A stretch of 64,000 nucleotides of DNA, from NCBI GenBank assembly GCA_963766735.1, contig CAVYBU010000008.1, positions 96,001 through 160,000 on the forward strand, read 5' to 3'. Position 1 is the first letter of the stretch. The number at the start of each line of letters is the position of its first letter. The DNA is from an uncultured Chloroflexia bacterium. GTDB lineage: Bacteria > Chloroflexota > Limnocylindria > Limnocylindrales > CSP1-4. The notes below the pieces were generated by a model. The model worked only from the letters and a program-made list of their open reading frames with translations. It searched no databases and was not told the DNA's origin. Below, piece after piece: positions 48,821 to 58,457 of this stretch. Both the position numbers and the translations under genes were made by a program.

Positions 48821-50575
48821 TCAGGATCTCGGGGTCAGTGGCCACGCGACACCAGTGGGAAGGTCCGGCAGCGTCGTGCCCTCCGTGCCTTCCTCGGCGC
48901 CTCCCTCCGTGCCGTGGAACGACGGCGACGTAACGGGCAGCACCGGATCCGCGTGGCAGCGGGCGCAGTACACGGGCTGGTGGCAGTAGGCGCACGCCGT
49001 GTTGCCCTGGTCGCGGATGACCTTGGCGTGGTTGGTCGACATCGTGTCGTGGTCCACGGTGACGGCGCCCGTGGCGTGGCAGTTGACGCAGTAGTCGCGG
49101 GCGTGGCACTCGCCGCACGAGTTTCCACCCGGGTCGATGTCGGTCGACACGTCCTTGTGGCTGAAGACCCACAGGTCATCGGCGTGCGTCGTCGGCGGCT
49201 CGCCGAGCGGCAGGCTGGCGACGGCCGGTCCGATCTGCGGGAACGTGTGGCAGGTGCTGCAGGCGGACGGGATGGTCTGCCTGGTGGCCACGCCATCCTT
49301 GACCAGGAAGTGGCCGCCGTCGTGGCAGCGGAAGCAGCCGGGGAAGTCCATGTGCCCCAGTTGGTTCGGGTACGTGCCGGGGGTGACGCTCATCTCCGGC
49401 GTCGACGACACGCGGTGGAGGGCCTTGATCTGCTCGATCGCATTGTCGATCTGGGCCGCCTTGGAGGCCGCGACGTCCGGGTAGTTGGCCGCGTAGAAGT
49501 TCTGCAGCTTGTCGATCTCGGCATCCGCCGTCGCGTCGTCCGGGTAGCCCGCCCACAGGAGCCGCATCCCTTCCCGTTTGATGTACGGGAGCGTGGAGTC
49601 GATATCGCCCTTGAACAGCTCGTAGTCCATGTCCGTGCGCGGGTTGGGGATGGCGTGCCCCGCCCGGTTGTGGCAGTCGTAGCACGTCATCAGGCTCATC
49701 GTCTCGGTTTCCAGGATCGCGTCGATGTCGGGCTGGACGTCCTCGGCAACGCTGATCTTGTCCTGGGCGATGAACTCCTGGGTCGATCCATCGCGACCCT
49801 CGGATACGACGTAGTCGATGGTGGCCTTGTGCTCGTCCGGCGAGGCGAACGTGAGCTCGCGGATGACATGCCAGTGCACGCCGCGCTCGGCATCGAGGGC
49901 ATCGCCGCCACCTGGGCGGATCATCAGCCCGACGAAGTTACGGGTGTTCGGCTCGTCCTCGAGGAACTGGGTGCTGGCCTTGAGGACCGCGAGGGCCTCC
50001 CGCTCAACGTCATGGCACTTGTCGCAGGTGTCGGACGCCTTGGGCAGGAGCGAGTGCTCGGGGGGCAGGATCGGCGTGGGGTAGGTGCCCAGGACGACGC
50101 TCACCAGCTGGCGGGTGCCGCTCATCTTGGCCTTGATCCAGCCGGCGATGCCCGGTTCCACGTGGCACTCGCCGCACGTGACCTCGGCGTGGGCGCCGGT
50201 CTTGTAGGCCTCGAGCTCGGGGTCCATGGTGTGGCAGCGTCCGCAGAAGTCGGCCGTCTCCGTCCAGTGGACCAGCGAGACGCCGGTGAACACGCCGACG
50301 AAGCCGAGCGCCCCCAGGATCAGCAGCAGGGCCAGCAACCCGCCCTTGGAGCTTGGGAGGTGGATCCGGCGGCCACGCAGGTAGAACGGGTTGCGGCGGC
50401 CACGCAGGTAGAACGGGTTGCGACGACGAGCCTTGGCGGGTTCAGAAACCCCCTCGGTCGCCACGGGCGCCTCCGCCCCCTTGGAAGGCCCGGCAACCGG
50501 CTCGTCACCGGCCCCCGGCGGCGTCACCCCCGCTTCGGCGGGCGGCAGGGCGTCGGGCGTCTCGGGGTCGCTCAT
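48821..50575 (-). CDS. NapC/NirT-like membrane-anchored decaheme cytochrome c
   Basis: TM helix then TETADFCGRCHTM..H..VTCGECH; 10 CxxCH in total. Confidence 0.9.
   Translation of the reverse strand: MSDPETPDALPPAEAGVTPPGAGDEPVAGPSKGAEAPVATEGVSEPAKARRRNPFYLRGRRNPFYLRGRRIHLPSSKGGLLALLLILGALGFVGVFTGVSLVHWTETADFCGRCHTMDPELEAYKTGAHAEVTCGECHVEPGIAGWIKAKMSGTRQLVSVVLGTYPTPILPPEHSLLPKASDTCDKCHDVEREALAVLKASTQFLEDEPNTRNFVGLMIRPGGGDALDAERGVHWHVIRELTFASPDEHKATIDYVVSEGRDGSTQEFIAQDKISVAEDVQPDIDAILETETMSLMTCYDCHNRAGHAIPNPRTDMDYELFKGDIDSTLPYIKREGMRLLWAGYPDDATADAEIDKLQNFYAANYPDVAASKAAQIDNAIEQIKALHRVSSTPEMSVTPGTYPNQLGHMDFPGCFRCHDGGHFLVKDGVATRQTIPSACSTCHTFPQIGPAVASLPLGEPPTTHADDLWVFSHKDVSTDIDPGGNSCGECHARDYCVNCHATGAVTVDHDTMSTNHAKVIRDQGNTACAYCHQPVYCARCHADPVLPVTSPSFHGTEGGAEEGTEGTTLPDLPTGVAWPLTPRS
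50367..50420. repeat. Exact 27-bp tandem duplication (NPFYLRGRR x2)
   Basis: CGGCGGCCACGCAGGTAGAACGGGTTG x2. Confidence 0.9.
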
Positions 50576-50582
50576 CGCGTCC

Positions 50583-51182
50583 TCAGTTCATCAGGGCCGC
50601 AACGGCGCGGTCCATCTCGTCCCTGGGGAGCGCACCGATCCGGACCTCCCGGACCTTCCCGTCAGGGCCGATGAAGAAGTGGGTCGGGATGCCCATCGAC
50701 CGGTAGGCCGCCGCAATGTCGGCATTCGGGTCCACCACGATGGGGAAGGTCAGCGCGGCCCTGCCGGCGTACCCGCTGACATCCTCGGCGGTCTCGTTGA
50801 TGAACACGCCCAGGACCACCAGGCCCTGGTCCTTGTTCGCGCGGTACGTGGCCTCCAGGTCCGCCGACTCGGTCCGGCAGTCGGGGCACCACGAGGCGCC
50901 GAACGTCAGCCAGACCGGCTTGCCGGCGTAGTCCGAGAGCGACACGGTCGTGCCGTCGTAGGTGACGCCGGTGAAGTCCGGCGGGACCGCGCCCACCACG
51001 GGGGCAGCGGCAGCCGCCCCCTCGCCCAGGTCGATCTGGGTCACGCCGTCCGATGGCCCCTGGCCGCTGGCCGCGTAGACGAGGACCCCGATCACGACGA
51101 CCGCGATCACGCCGATGCCGATCGTCTGCAGCCGGCCGGCCGTACGCCCGGAGGACCGGGCCGTGGTTCCCGCTGCGCTCAT
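50583..51182 (-). CDS. resA: TlpA/ResA thiol-disulfide oxidoreductase
   Basis: N-terminal TM, ASWCPDC, GIPTHFFI. Confidence 0.88.
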   Translation of the reverse strand: MSAAGTTARSSGRTAGRLQTIGIGVIAVVVIGVLVYAASGQGPSDGVTQIDLGEGAAAAAPVVGAVPPDFTGVTYDGTTVSLSDYAGKPVWLTFGASWCPDCRTESADLEATYRANKDQGLVVLGVFINETAEDVSGYAGRAALTFPIVVDPNADIAAAYRSMGIPTHFFIGPDGKVREVRIGALPRDEMDRAVAALMN

Positions 51183-51211
51183 GGTGCCCTGACTCCCTTC
51201 GTGCCGTCGGC

Positions 51212-52123
51212 TCAGCCGAGGCCGGAGTAGCTGTGGAGCCCGCCGAAGAACAGGTTACCGAAGTAGGTGAACAGCGTGGCCGCGAAGCCGATCACGAGCA
51301 GCACTGCCGCCCGCTTGCCGCGCCAGCCGCGCATGACGCGGGCGTGGAGGTAGGCGCCGTAGATGAACCAGGTCACGAGCGACGCGGTCTCCTTGGGGTC
51401 CCAACTCCAGTAGCTGCCCCACGCCGTGTCTGCCCAGACTGCGCCGAGGACGATCGTCAGGGTGAGGAACGGGAAGCCGACGATGACCGCGCGGTACCCG
51501 ATGTCGTCCAGCACGTCCAGCCGCGGGAGGCCCCAGCCGCCGGGCTCGTCGCGGTTCGTGACCCAGGCGATGAACACCTGCAGCAGGTACAGGACCGACG
51601 CGGCGAAGGCGATGGTGAAGCTGCCGTAGGCGACGATTGCCACCGCGACGTGGACGGTCAGCAGGAGGTTGTTCTGCAGGGCCGGGACGAGCGGCGCGAT
51701 GTCGGCCGGAATGGTCCACGCGTAGAGCAGCATCGCGAGCGCGACCGGCATCGCGATCAGCGCGAGGATGCGCTGGTGATACCGGCGCTCGAACAGCATG
51801 TAGGCGAGCAGGATCCCGAACGCGAACGCCATCGAGAACTCGTACATGTTCGTGAACGGGCCGTAGCCGGTCGCGATGGTTCGGAACACGAGGCTGGCGA
51901 GGAGCGTGAACACTGCCAGCCAGCCCAGCATCGTGGCGTAGCGCCCGATGGCCGCCGTGCGGGGCCCGGAAGTGATGCCCACGGATCCGCTGGTCACGGG
52001 TGCACCGGCCGTCTGCATGCGGGCGGCCCGGAGTCCGGACACCGCGTACATCAGGTAGAAGATCGTGGCGAGCCCGGTGCTCAGCATCGCCGCGATGAAC
52101 ATGTACCCCGAGAGCTTTTCCAT
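51212..52123 (-). CDS. resC: Cytochrome c synthase, System II (ResC/CcsA)
   Basis: PFTNMYE, LVPALQ, HV, WWD domain GAVWADTAWGSYWSWDPKET, GLHSY. Confidence 0.95.
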   Translation of the reverse strand: MEKLSGYMFIAAMLSTGLATIFYLMYAVSGLRAARMQTAGAPVTSGSVGITSGPRTAAIGRYATMLGWLAVFTLLASLVFRTIATGYGPFTNMYEFSMAFAFGILLAYMLFERRYHQRILALIAMPVALAMLLYAWTIPADIAPLVPALQNNLLLTVHVAVAIVAYGSFTIAFAASVLYLLQVFIAWVTNRDEPGGWGLPRLDVLDDIGYRAVIVGFPFLTLTIVLGAVWADTAWGSYWSWDPKETASLVTWFIYGAYLHARVMRGWRGKRAAVLLVIGFAATLFTYFGNLFFGGLHSYSGLG

Positions 52124-52136
52124 GGCGGGGACTCCC

Positions 52137-53603
52137 TCAGCTCTGCGCCGGCGTCTGCAACGCCGCGCGAATGTCAGTGACCAGGTTCTCGAAATCGGTG
52201 GCCTGGGAAACGTCCTTGGTGGTCAGGGTGGCCATGCCGAGGACCGCGCCCCCGTTCGGGCGGGCGACGATGCGGCCCCAGACTCGCTTGTGGCGGATCA
52301 TAAAGCGGATCGAGAAGCCCCCGAACAGCAGGAGCGAGCCAATCCAGATGAACAGGACCCCGGGATCGCGGGCCACGTTGAGGCCGGTGAACTGGGTCTC
52401 GCGCTCGAAGGTGACCGTGAGATCACCCAGCTGGGTGGCCACGCCCTGGTCGATGATGCCGTCCGCGATCTGAGAACCCTCACCCGCGGTGTACAGCTCC
52501 GCCTGGATCTGGCCGGGCTTGATCATCCCGTCGCCGCTTCCCAGCGTGCCCACCAGCCAGATCACCTCGCCGGCGCCCGGGACGGTGAACGAGCCCACCG
52601 GCCGGTTGTCCGCGTTCGTCCGCCACGCGAGCGGCACGCCGCCCGAGTAGAGGATCTCGCCCGCGGCATCCTTGACCGTCATCACGGCCGCGGCCCCGAA
52701 GAAGGCCTGGTAGAAGGTGAGGTTTCCGTAGCGGTACGGATCGTTGACCCGCACGGTGTGGCGGTCGATCTCGGCCCCGTCCTTGAACACGACGATCTGG
52801 CTGGCGTAGTCGATCGGCGAACCCGTGACAGTGTCGTACTTGTCGGTGAAGTCGATCAGCTGGACGCTGAGGCCCGGTTCGGCGACCACGGGGAGCGTCT
52901 GCCCCTCGGCGACCGTGAACCCAGCGTCGCGATAGCCGAACATGCCGCCGATGATGGCGCCCGCCAGGATGACGACGATCGAGACGTGGGCGATCAGGCC
53001 CGCCCACGCTGCGTACCGGAAGCGGTCCCCGTAGAGGTGGATCGCGCCGTCGTCGGTCGAGAGGAAGCGGAAATGGCGGCCTCGCATGACGCTCTCCACG
53101 ATCGCCAGCGTCTCAGCGGGGGTATGCCGGACGACGATGGCCTCGTGCTGCGGGGCGTGCTCGAAGAACTGCGGCCCCACGTCCACGCGGGGCTTGGTGG
53201 TGGTCCGCCAGATTCCAGGGATCCGGTGGATCGAGCAGGCGATCAGGCTGATCGTCAGGCCCGCCACCAGGATCCGGAAGAGGATCGAGTTGAAGACCTC
53301 GAACATCTGGATGGTGTCCAGGAACCCGGTCCACCCGCCGTACTTGGGACGGATCTCATCCAGCCAGTTGGCCTTCGCGTCGGCACTGACCAGGACCCCG
53401 GGAGGCGCCTGGATGATGAGCGATCCGACGACGCCGAGCGCGGCGATGGCCAGCATGAGCACCATGGCCGTGCGCATGGACGAGAGGAAGTGCCACAGCC
53501 CTTCCAGCGCCCGGTCGACGCGATCCATGAACGAGGGCCCCGCCGCCGCGGCGGCCGGAGCGCCATTCGGCGGAAGCGGCCGGGTGTGGACCTCTTCGGT
53601 CAT
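52137..53603 (-). CDS. resB: Cytochrome c biogenesis protein ResB/CcsB
   Basis: LSSMRTA, GSLIIQ, AH, VNDP, FYQA, RDPG. Confidence 0.92.
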   Translation of the reverse strand: MTEEVHTRPLPPNGAPAAAAAGPSFMDRVDRALEGLWHFLSSMRTAMVLMLAIAALGVVGSLIIQAPPGVLVSADAKANWLDEIRPKYGGWTGFLDTIQMFEVFNSILFRILVAGLTISLIACSIHRIPGIWRTTTKPRVDVGPQFFEHAPQHEAIVVRHTPAETLAIVESVMRGRHFRFLSTDDGAIHLYGDRFRYAAWAGLIAHVSIVVILAGAIIGGMFGYRDAGFTVAEGQTLPVVAEPGLSVQLIDFTDKYDTVTGSPIDYASQIVVFKDGAEIDRHTVRVNDPYRYGNLTFYQAFFGAAAVMTVKDAAGEILYSGGVPLAWRTNADNRPVGSFTVPGAGEVIWLVGTLGSGDGMIKPGQIQAELYTAGEGSQIADGIIDQGVATQLGDLTVTFERETQFTGLNVARDPGVLFIWIGSLLLFGGFSIRFMIRHKRVWGRIVARPNGGAVLGMATLTTKDVSQATDFENLVTDIRAALQTPAQS

Positions 53604-53617
53604 ATCCGACTACCTCC

Positions 53618-54410
53618 TCAGAGACCGAAGGGCGACCCGAGGGTCGCCAGCCGGCCGAGTGTGTTGGTGAGCATCAGGACGCCGAGCAGCACGAGCAGGA
53701 AGCCCGTGACCACGTCGACGGCACGGTGGTGGCGCCCGACCACGGTCAGCCGCCGGGAGACCCAGGACGCGCCCAGGGCCACCGCCAGGAACGGGATCGC
53801 GAGGCCCGCGGCGTACGCGACCAGGAGCACGGTCCCCTGCAGGACGCTCGACGTGGCCGTGGCCAGGCCGAGGATCCCGCCCAGGATCGGGCCGATGCAG
53901 GGGCTCCAGCCCGCCGCGAACAGCAGGCCGAACAGGAAGGACCGCGGGTAGCCGGGCCGCTCGCCCGGGCTGGCGATCGACGCGAAGCGCGAGCCCGCCG
54001 GAGGCGCCACCGTTGTCGTCGGAGCCGCCGCCGGCCATCACCAGCCCGCCGCCCATCGAGGGCATGGCGCGAGTGTCGCGCCACAGGGCACGAACGTTGA
54101 TCACGCCCGCCACCTGAAGGCCGAGGAAGACCAGGAGCGCTCCACCGATGGTCGTGAGCACGCGGCGGTCGATGAAGGCCCCCAGGGCGCCGATCACGGC
54201 GTAGAAGGCGACGAACACGAGCGAGAAGCCGATGACGAACGAGAGCCCGTGCATGAAGGCCGGGCGGCGACCGGTGGTGCCCTCACCGGTCGCGCCCATC
54301 ATGTAGCCGAGGTACGCCGGCACGAGCGGGAGGCAGCAGGGGGACGCGAAGGACACGACGCCGCCGATGAAGGCGATGCCGATGCCCAGGATGCTGCCGA
54401 GCTCGTTCAC
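53618..54410 (-). CDS. ccdA: Cytochrome c biogenesis protein CcdA (frameshift near 54020)
   Basis: SFASPCCLPLVPAY in one frame and GWSPCIGPILG..GLAIPF in the other. Confidence 0.9.
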
Positions 54411-55624
54411 GGCACCGTGCTCGCCGCAGGCGATGCGGAGGGGGCCGGGGTGGTGCTGAGGGCCGGGGATGCGGCGGGCGAGTTGCCGGGGATCATCGAG
54501 GACTGGGCCAGCGAGTCGAGATGCGACCGGACGGTCTGGGCAAGAGGCGAGGTCGGGTCCAGGTCGATGACCGTGTTCCACTCGCGCTGGACCGCGGTCC
54601 AGTCCGGGGGCGTCTGGTTCAGGTACAGGAAGCCCAGGTCGTAGTGGGCCTCCGCGTTCTTCGGGTCGATGACCAGGACCTTCTTCCAGGTCGTCTCGGC
54701 GGCCGGCAGGCTGCCCAGGTTGAAGCTGACGGCGCCACGGGCCAGCATGGCGTCGACGTTCTCAGGCTCAATGGCGAGGAGCTTGTCGAGCCAGTTGCCG
54801 GCGTCCGCGTACTGCTCACCCGCGTAGTACTCGTCGGCGAGGGCGAGGAGTGCGACCGTGTCATTGGGGTTGGCGGCAAGGCTTTCCATCAGCGAGCTGA
54901 CCTTGGCGAGATCGACCGCCGGCGGCCCCTGGGTGGCCTGGGCCACGGCGCCGGGCTCCTGGGAATCGCCACCGATCGCGCCGACGACCTGTATCCCGCC
55001 GAACCCGACGGCGACGATGGCGATCACGGCGACGCTGGCGATCACGAGCCGCTTCCAGGGGTTGGCGGCCTGGGGAGCCGTGGCCGCTGCGGCGGCTGCC
55101 GGGCGGATGGCCTTGCGATGCTGGATCGGTGCCGCGACCGGGCGCGTGGCGGCCTTCGGCTTCGGCTTGGCATCCGGGAGCATGTCCGGGTGGGCGCTCG
55201 GGGTCACCGATGCGTAGAGCAGCGCGAGGTCGTCCGTGTCCGGGTCATCGGCTGTGGGCTCGATTCCGGCGTCCGCTGCCGCCAACGCTGCTGCGGGGAT
55301 GGGGTCTGTTGCCGGAGCGGAGCCCCGGCGGGCCGGAGGTGTCGCCGGCCCGCCGGGTACGACCGCAGGCGGCCTGGCCGGGCTCCTGAGGGCCGAGCCC
55401 TGGAGGCCGACTGGGTCGGTCAATTGGAGGTACGCCTCGTCCAGCGCCGTGGCCTGGGCGTGAGCCCACCGTCGGAGCTCGGGAGGCGCGGACGCGAGGT
55501 ACTGGCTCGCGGCCTGGTGGAGGTTGTCGAGATCCTCGGGGGAGGCGCTCTTCGGGAGTCCGAGCCGGGCCAGCAGCTCGTTCTCTGCAGCGGACCCTGA
55601 GGTGGGGAGGCCGGGGCCGGTCAT
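54407..55624 (-). CDS. Membrane-anchored TPR protein (CcmH/CycH-like C-terminus)
   Basis: Central TM helix followed by TPRs (NPNDTVALLALA, DPKNAEAHYDLG). Confidence 0.82.
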   Translation of the reverse strand: MTGPGLPTSGSAAENELLARLGLPKSASPEDLDNLHQAASQYLASAPPELRRWAHAQATALDEAYLQLTDPVGLQGSALRSPARPPAVVPGGPATPPARRGSAPATDPIPAAALAAADAGIEPTADDPDTDDLALLYASVTPSAHPDMLPDAKPKPKAATRPVAAPIQHRKAIRPAAAAAATAPQAANPWKRLVIASVAVIAIVAVGFGGIQVVGAIGGDSQEPGAVAQATQGPPAVDLAKVSSLMESLAANPNDTVALLALADEYYAGEQYADAGNWLDKLLAIEPENVDAMLARGAVSFNLGSLPAAETTWKKVLVIDPKNAEAHYDLGFLYLNQTPPDWTAVQREWNTVIDLDPTSPLAQTVRSHLDSLAQSSMIPGNSPAASPALSTTPAPSASPAASTVP

Positions 55625-55821
55625 CGAAGACCTCCCCGGGGGCGCGGGCGGGAAGCGGCGCGCGCCGACGTGCGATACATCGTGGAACCCTCATCTGATG
55701 CCGCGGGGGACCGCGGCTTGACACCTGCCCTGATTGTCGGCGGCAAGCACCCATGCGCCCATCCGTCGGGGCGCACATTTCGGCCGGGACCTGGACGGGC
55801 TAATGGGTGGAGAGAATCGAA

Positions 55822-55849
55822 ACCCCCTGTACCGGTCGATACAGGGGGT
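55822..55849 (-). terminator. Hairpin downstream of the octaheme gene
   Basis: ACCCCCTGTA-N8-TACAGGGGGT followed by TTCGATTCT on the minus strand; could instead be an operator. Confidence 0.55.
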
Positions 55850-55881
55850 GATTGGAGAGGCTCGGATGCGGGCGCAGAGGA

Positions 55882-58254
55882 TCAGGGGCTCGTCGGCAGC
55901 GCGTAGGTGTAGTCGACGTGAGACTTGCCGTGGCAGGTGAGGGTGCAGCTGCCCCATGCGGTCGGCGTCGCGGCCCTGAACATCTCGTTCGCGCCGTGCG
56001 GGATTACGTTGGGAGCGAAGTTCACCAGGCCGGTCGCTGGCGCCTGCCCATTCACGGCGAGGGCAGACCCGTGGATACGGAAGTGGCACTCCGCGCAGAT
56101 GGCGTTGCCCTGGCCGGCGCCGCGGACGTCGATGTCGCGGCCACCGACACCGTTGCCGGAGATCTCGTTCATGTGGTAGCCGTGCCAGTTGAAGTTCGTG
56201 TCGGCTCGGTAGTCGGCGCTATCGTCGACCATCGGCGCTTCCGCATGGCACACGTAGCAGAGCGCGAAGTCCTGCGCCTGGTAGAGCCCGCGCGGCCTGA
56301 GGTCTCGATCCCTGTACGGCGCGATCAGGATCCCGCGGTTCGGTGAGGCATGGTTGCTCAGGATCGCGTCCGCGGCCGGCTTCGGGACCTGAACGGTCGC
56401 CGAGGCGTCGCCGTGGCAGTTCTCGCAGCGGACGGTGTCCTGGGTTCCAAAGACCCACAGCTTGTAGGGGGACGTCCCGGCAAGGCTGAGCGCCATTGCG
56501 TTCGTCTGGTTCTTCCCCGCGGCCTCCACTGGGTGATAGGAGACGTTCGCCGGGTTCAGCTCGATGCCCTTGTCAAGCGACCAGCGACTCGGATGGGTCG
56601 GATCCTGCGCGGGCAGCTTCGTGAAACCGGAGTGGCATTTGAAGCACAGCTGGTACTCGAAGCCGGACGTGTTCTGAAGCGTGTAGGTCGGCGCCTCACC
56701 GGCCGCGCCGTTGACCACCGCGACGCCGGACGCACCGGCGATCGCACCGGAGGCCGACCAGCCGCCGACGCTGTTCACGGGTCGCGTGGCGTCCGCGAGG
56801 TGCGGCTGGTGACAGTCTCCACAGGCGCTGTGCCGGTCCAGCGTGGCGCCGAACTCATCCTCCTTGCCCGAAACGTGGCTTGAGGGCGACGTGGCCGGGT
56901 GCGAGTACCACGACGACGTCGTCGGGTCGTTCGCCGGGAGCGACGAGCTGGACCAGTCGCTCTGGACGTCGCTCGACGCGCCCGTGCCGTCGTGGCAGAC
57001 GAAGCAGGTCGTCGACTGGGGGCCGGACTGCTGGAGCAGCATCAGCCCCTGGGCATCGTGGGCCGCGTGGCACGAGGCGCACGCGTCTGAGGCCAACCCG
57101 GAGATGATGTGCGGCGAACCTCCGGCGGCGGCTGCCGCGACGGACGTCTGCAGCGCGTACGTGGCCGTCGCGCCCCTGCCGGTCGACGCTGCCAGAGAGC
57201 GGGCGGTCGAACCGATGGAGGGGTCCAGCCGGTAGAGGGGGACGGGCTTGTCAACGGGCTTGCCCTTGCGCTGTCCGGGCGACAGGTCGAGGGACGGCTT
57301 GGTTCCCAGGGCCAACTCCGCCTCGGCCCCGGGAAGCTCGGTGGACCCGTCCATGAGGCGGAACAGGTAGTGCGCGCCCCAGTTCGCATCCACGGTGGCC
57401 CGGATGGCGAATTCGATCTCGGTGAAGCTGTGGGCGGGGAGCGTGATTTCCGTGAGCTCCCGGCCGGCGCTGGTCCTGCCCTGGACGGGCGTCGCCAGCG
57501 GATCGGTGGCCTGGCCGAGGCGCAAACCGGCGGCCTCGATCGGCTCCTGGCGCGGATCGAAGACTCGGCCGTCGTCGGACGCGCCGTAGAACGCCTTGCC
57601 CAGATCCGGGTCCACCATGGGCAGGGTCATCCAGTCGGCGGACGCGCCGGAGAACTGAAGCGCCGGCGCGATCGCGGCGTCGGCATCGGAATCGTTGACA
57701 ACCTGGAACCGGACTCGGTACACGGTGAACCGCTGCGCCGCGTCGAGGGGTGCGTCCAGCTGACCTGGGTCGGTCACCGCACCGGCCTCGCTGACGGTAT
57801 CGATCCAGACATGGTCCACACGCGGACCGGTGGGCTCGACCGAGGGCTCAGCGGACGGTTCAACCGACGGCTCGACCGAGGGCTCAGCGGACGGTTCGAC
57901 CGACGGCTCGACCGACGGCTCAACCGACGGCTCGACCGACGGCTCGACCGACGGCTCGACCGAGGGAGCCGCGGTGGGTGCAGCAGACGGCTGGACCGAC
58001 GGAGCCGGGGTGGGCTCGACCGAGGGAGCCGGGGTGGGCTGGACCGACGGAGCCGGGGTGGGCTGGACCGACGGAGCCGGGGTGGGCTGGACCGACGGAG
58101 CCGGGGTGGGCTGGACCGACGGAGCCGGGGTGGGGTCCAGGGCGCGTGCGGCCGGCACGGCGGGAGTCAGCGCTCCCACGGCGCCCGCAAGGACGAGGAG
58201 CACCCCAAACAGGGGACCGGCCCGGCGGCTTGCGGGTCGTTGCTGGCGGTTCAT
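55882..58254 (-). CDS. Secreted octaheme c-type cytochrome with Pro/Thr/Ser repeat stalk
   Basis: Signal peptide (AARA), repeats, non-heme domain, 7 CxxCH plus terminal CTLTCH (CxxxCH). Confidence 0.9.
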   Translation of the reverse strand: MNRQQRPASRRAGPLFGVLLVLAGAVGALTPAVPAARALDPTPAPSVQPTPAPSVQPTPAPSVQPTPAPSVQPTPAPSVEPTPAPSVQPSAAPTAAPSVEPSVEPSVEPSVEPSVEPSVEPSAEPSVEPSVEPSAEPSVEPTGPRVDHVWIDTVSEAGAVTDPGQLDAPLDAAQRFTVYRVRFQVVNDSDADAAIAPALQFSGASADWMTLPMVDPDLGKAFYGASDDGRVFDPRQEPIEAAGLRLGQATDPLATPVQGRTSAGRELTEITLPAHSFTEIEFAIRATVDANWGAHYLFRLMDGSTELPGAEAELALGTKPSLDLSPGQRKGKPVDKPVPLYRLDPSIGSTARSLAASTGRGATATYALQTSVAAAAAGGSPHIISGLASDACASCHAAHDAQGLMLLQQSGPQSTTCFVCHDGTGASSDVQSDWSSSSLPANDPTTSSWYSHPATSPSSHVSGKEDEFGATLDRHSACGDCHQPHLADATRPVNSVGGWSASGAIAGASGVAVVNGAAGEAPTYTLQNTSGFEYQLCFKCHSGFTKLPAQDPTHPSRWSLDKGIELNPANVSYHPVEAAGKNQTNAMALSLAGTSPYKLWVFGTQDTVRCENCHGDASATVQVPKPAADAILSNHASPNRGILIAPYRDRDLRPRGLYQAQDFALCYVCHAEAPMVDDSADYRADTNFNWHGYHMNEISGNGVGGRDIDVRGAGQGNAICAECHFRIHGSALAVNGQAPATGLVNFAPNVIPHGANEMFRAATPTAWGSCTLTCHGKSHVDYTYALPTSP
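57832..58135. repeat. Coding tandem repeats, 24-bp (PTPAPSVQ) and 12-bp (PSVE) units
   Basis: Visible in both DNA and translation of the octaheme gene. Confidence 0.92.
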
Positions 58255-58457
58255 GCTGGCGAGGTCTTCGTCATGGCGAGGGGTTGGACGTACACCCGTA
58301 GAGGCGGTTGACCCGATCGGTTCTCGGCATTGTGACGGACTGTGAGCTGCGCGGAGGAGACGTCAAGCGTCGGCTTTGGCGGCTCTTCGGCGAGGCCCGT
58401 GCCGGTGAGGGTTGCGGGTGGCCGGGACGATCGTCGCCGGCCACCGCGCGCTGGTGG

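Noticed and set aside
57832-58135. Regular repeats that could be mistaken for a CRISPR array
   Set aside because: Units of 12 and 24 bp, in frame, with no unique spacers and no cas genes; they encode a Pro/Thr/Ser linker
55882-58254. Octaheme as an OmcZ or hydroxylamine/tetrathionate reductase homolog
   Set aside because: Heme count matches, but the motif spacing and context do not resemble OmcZ as I recall it, and there is no CxxCK motif
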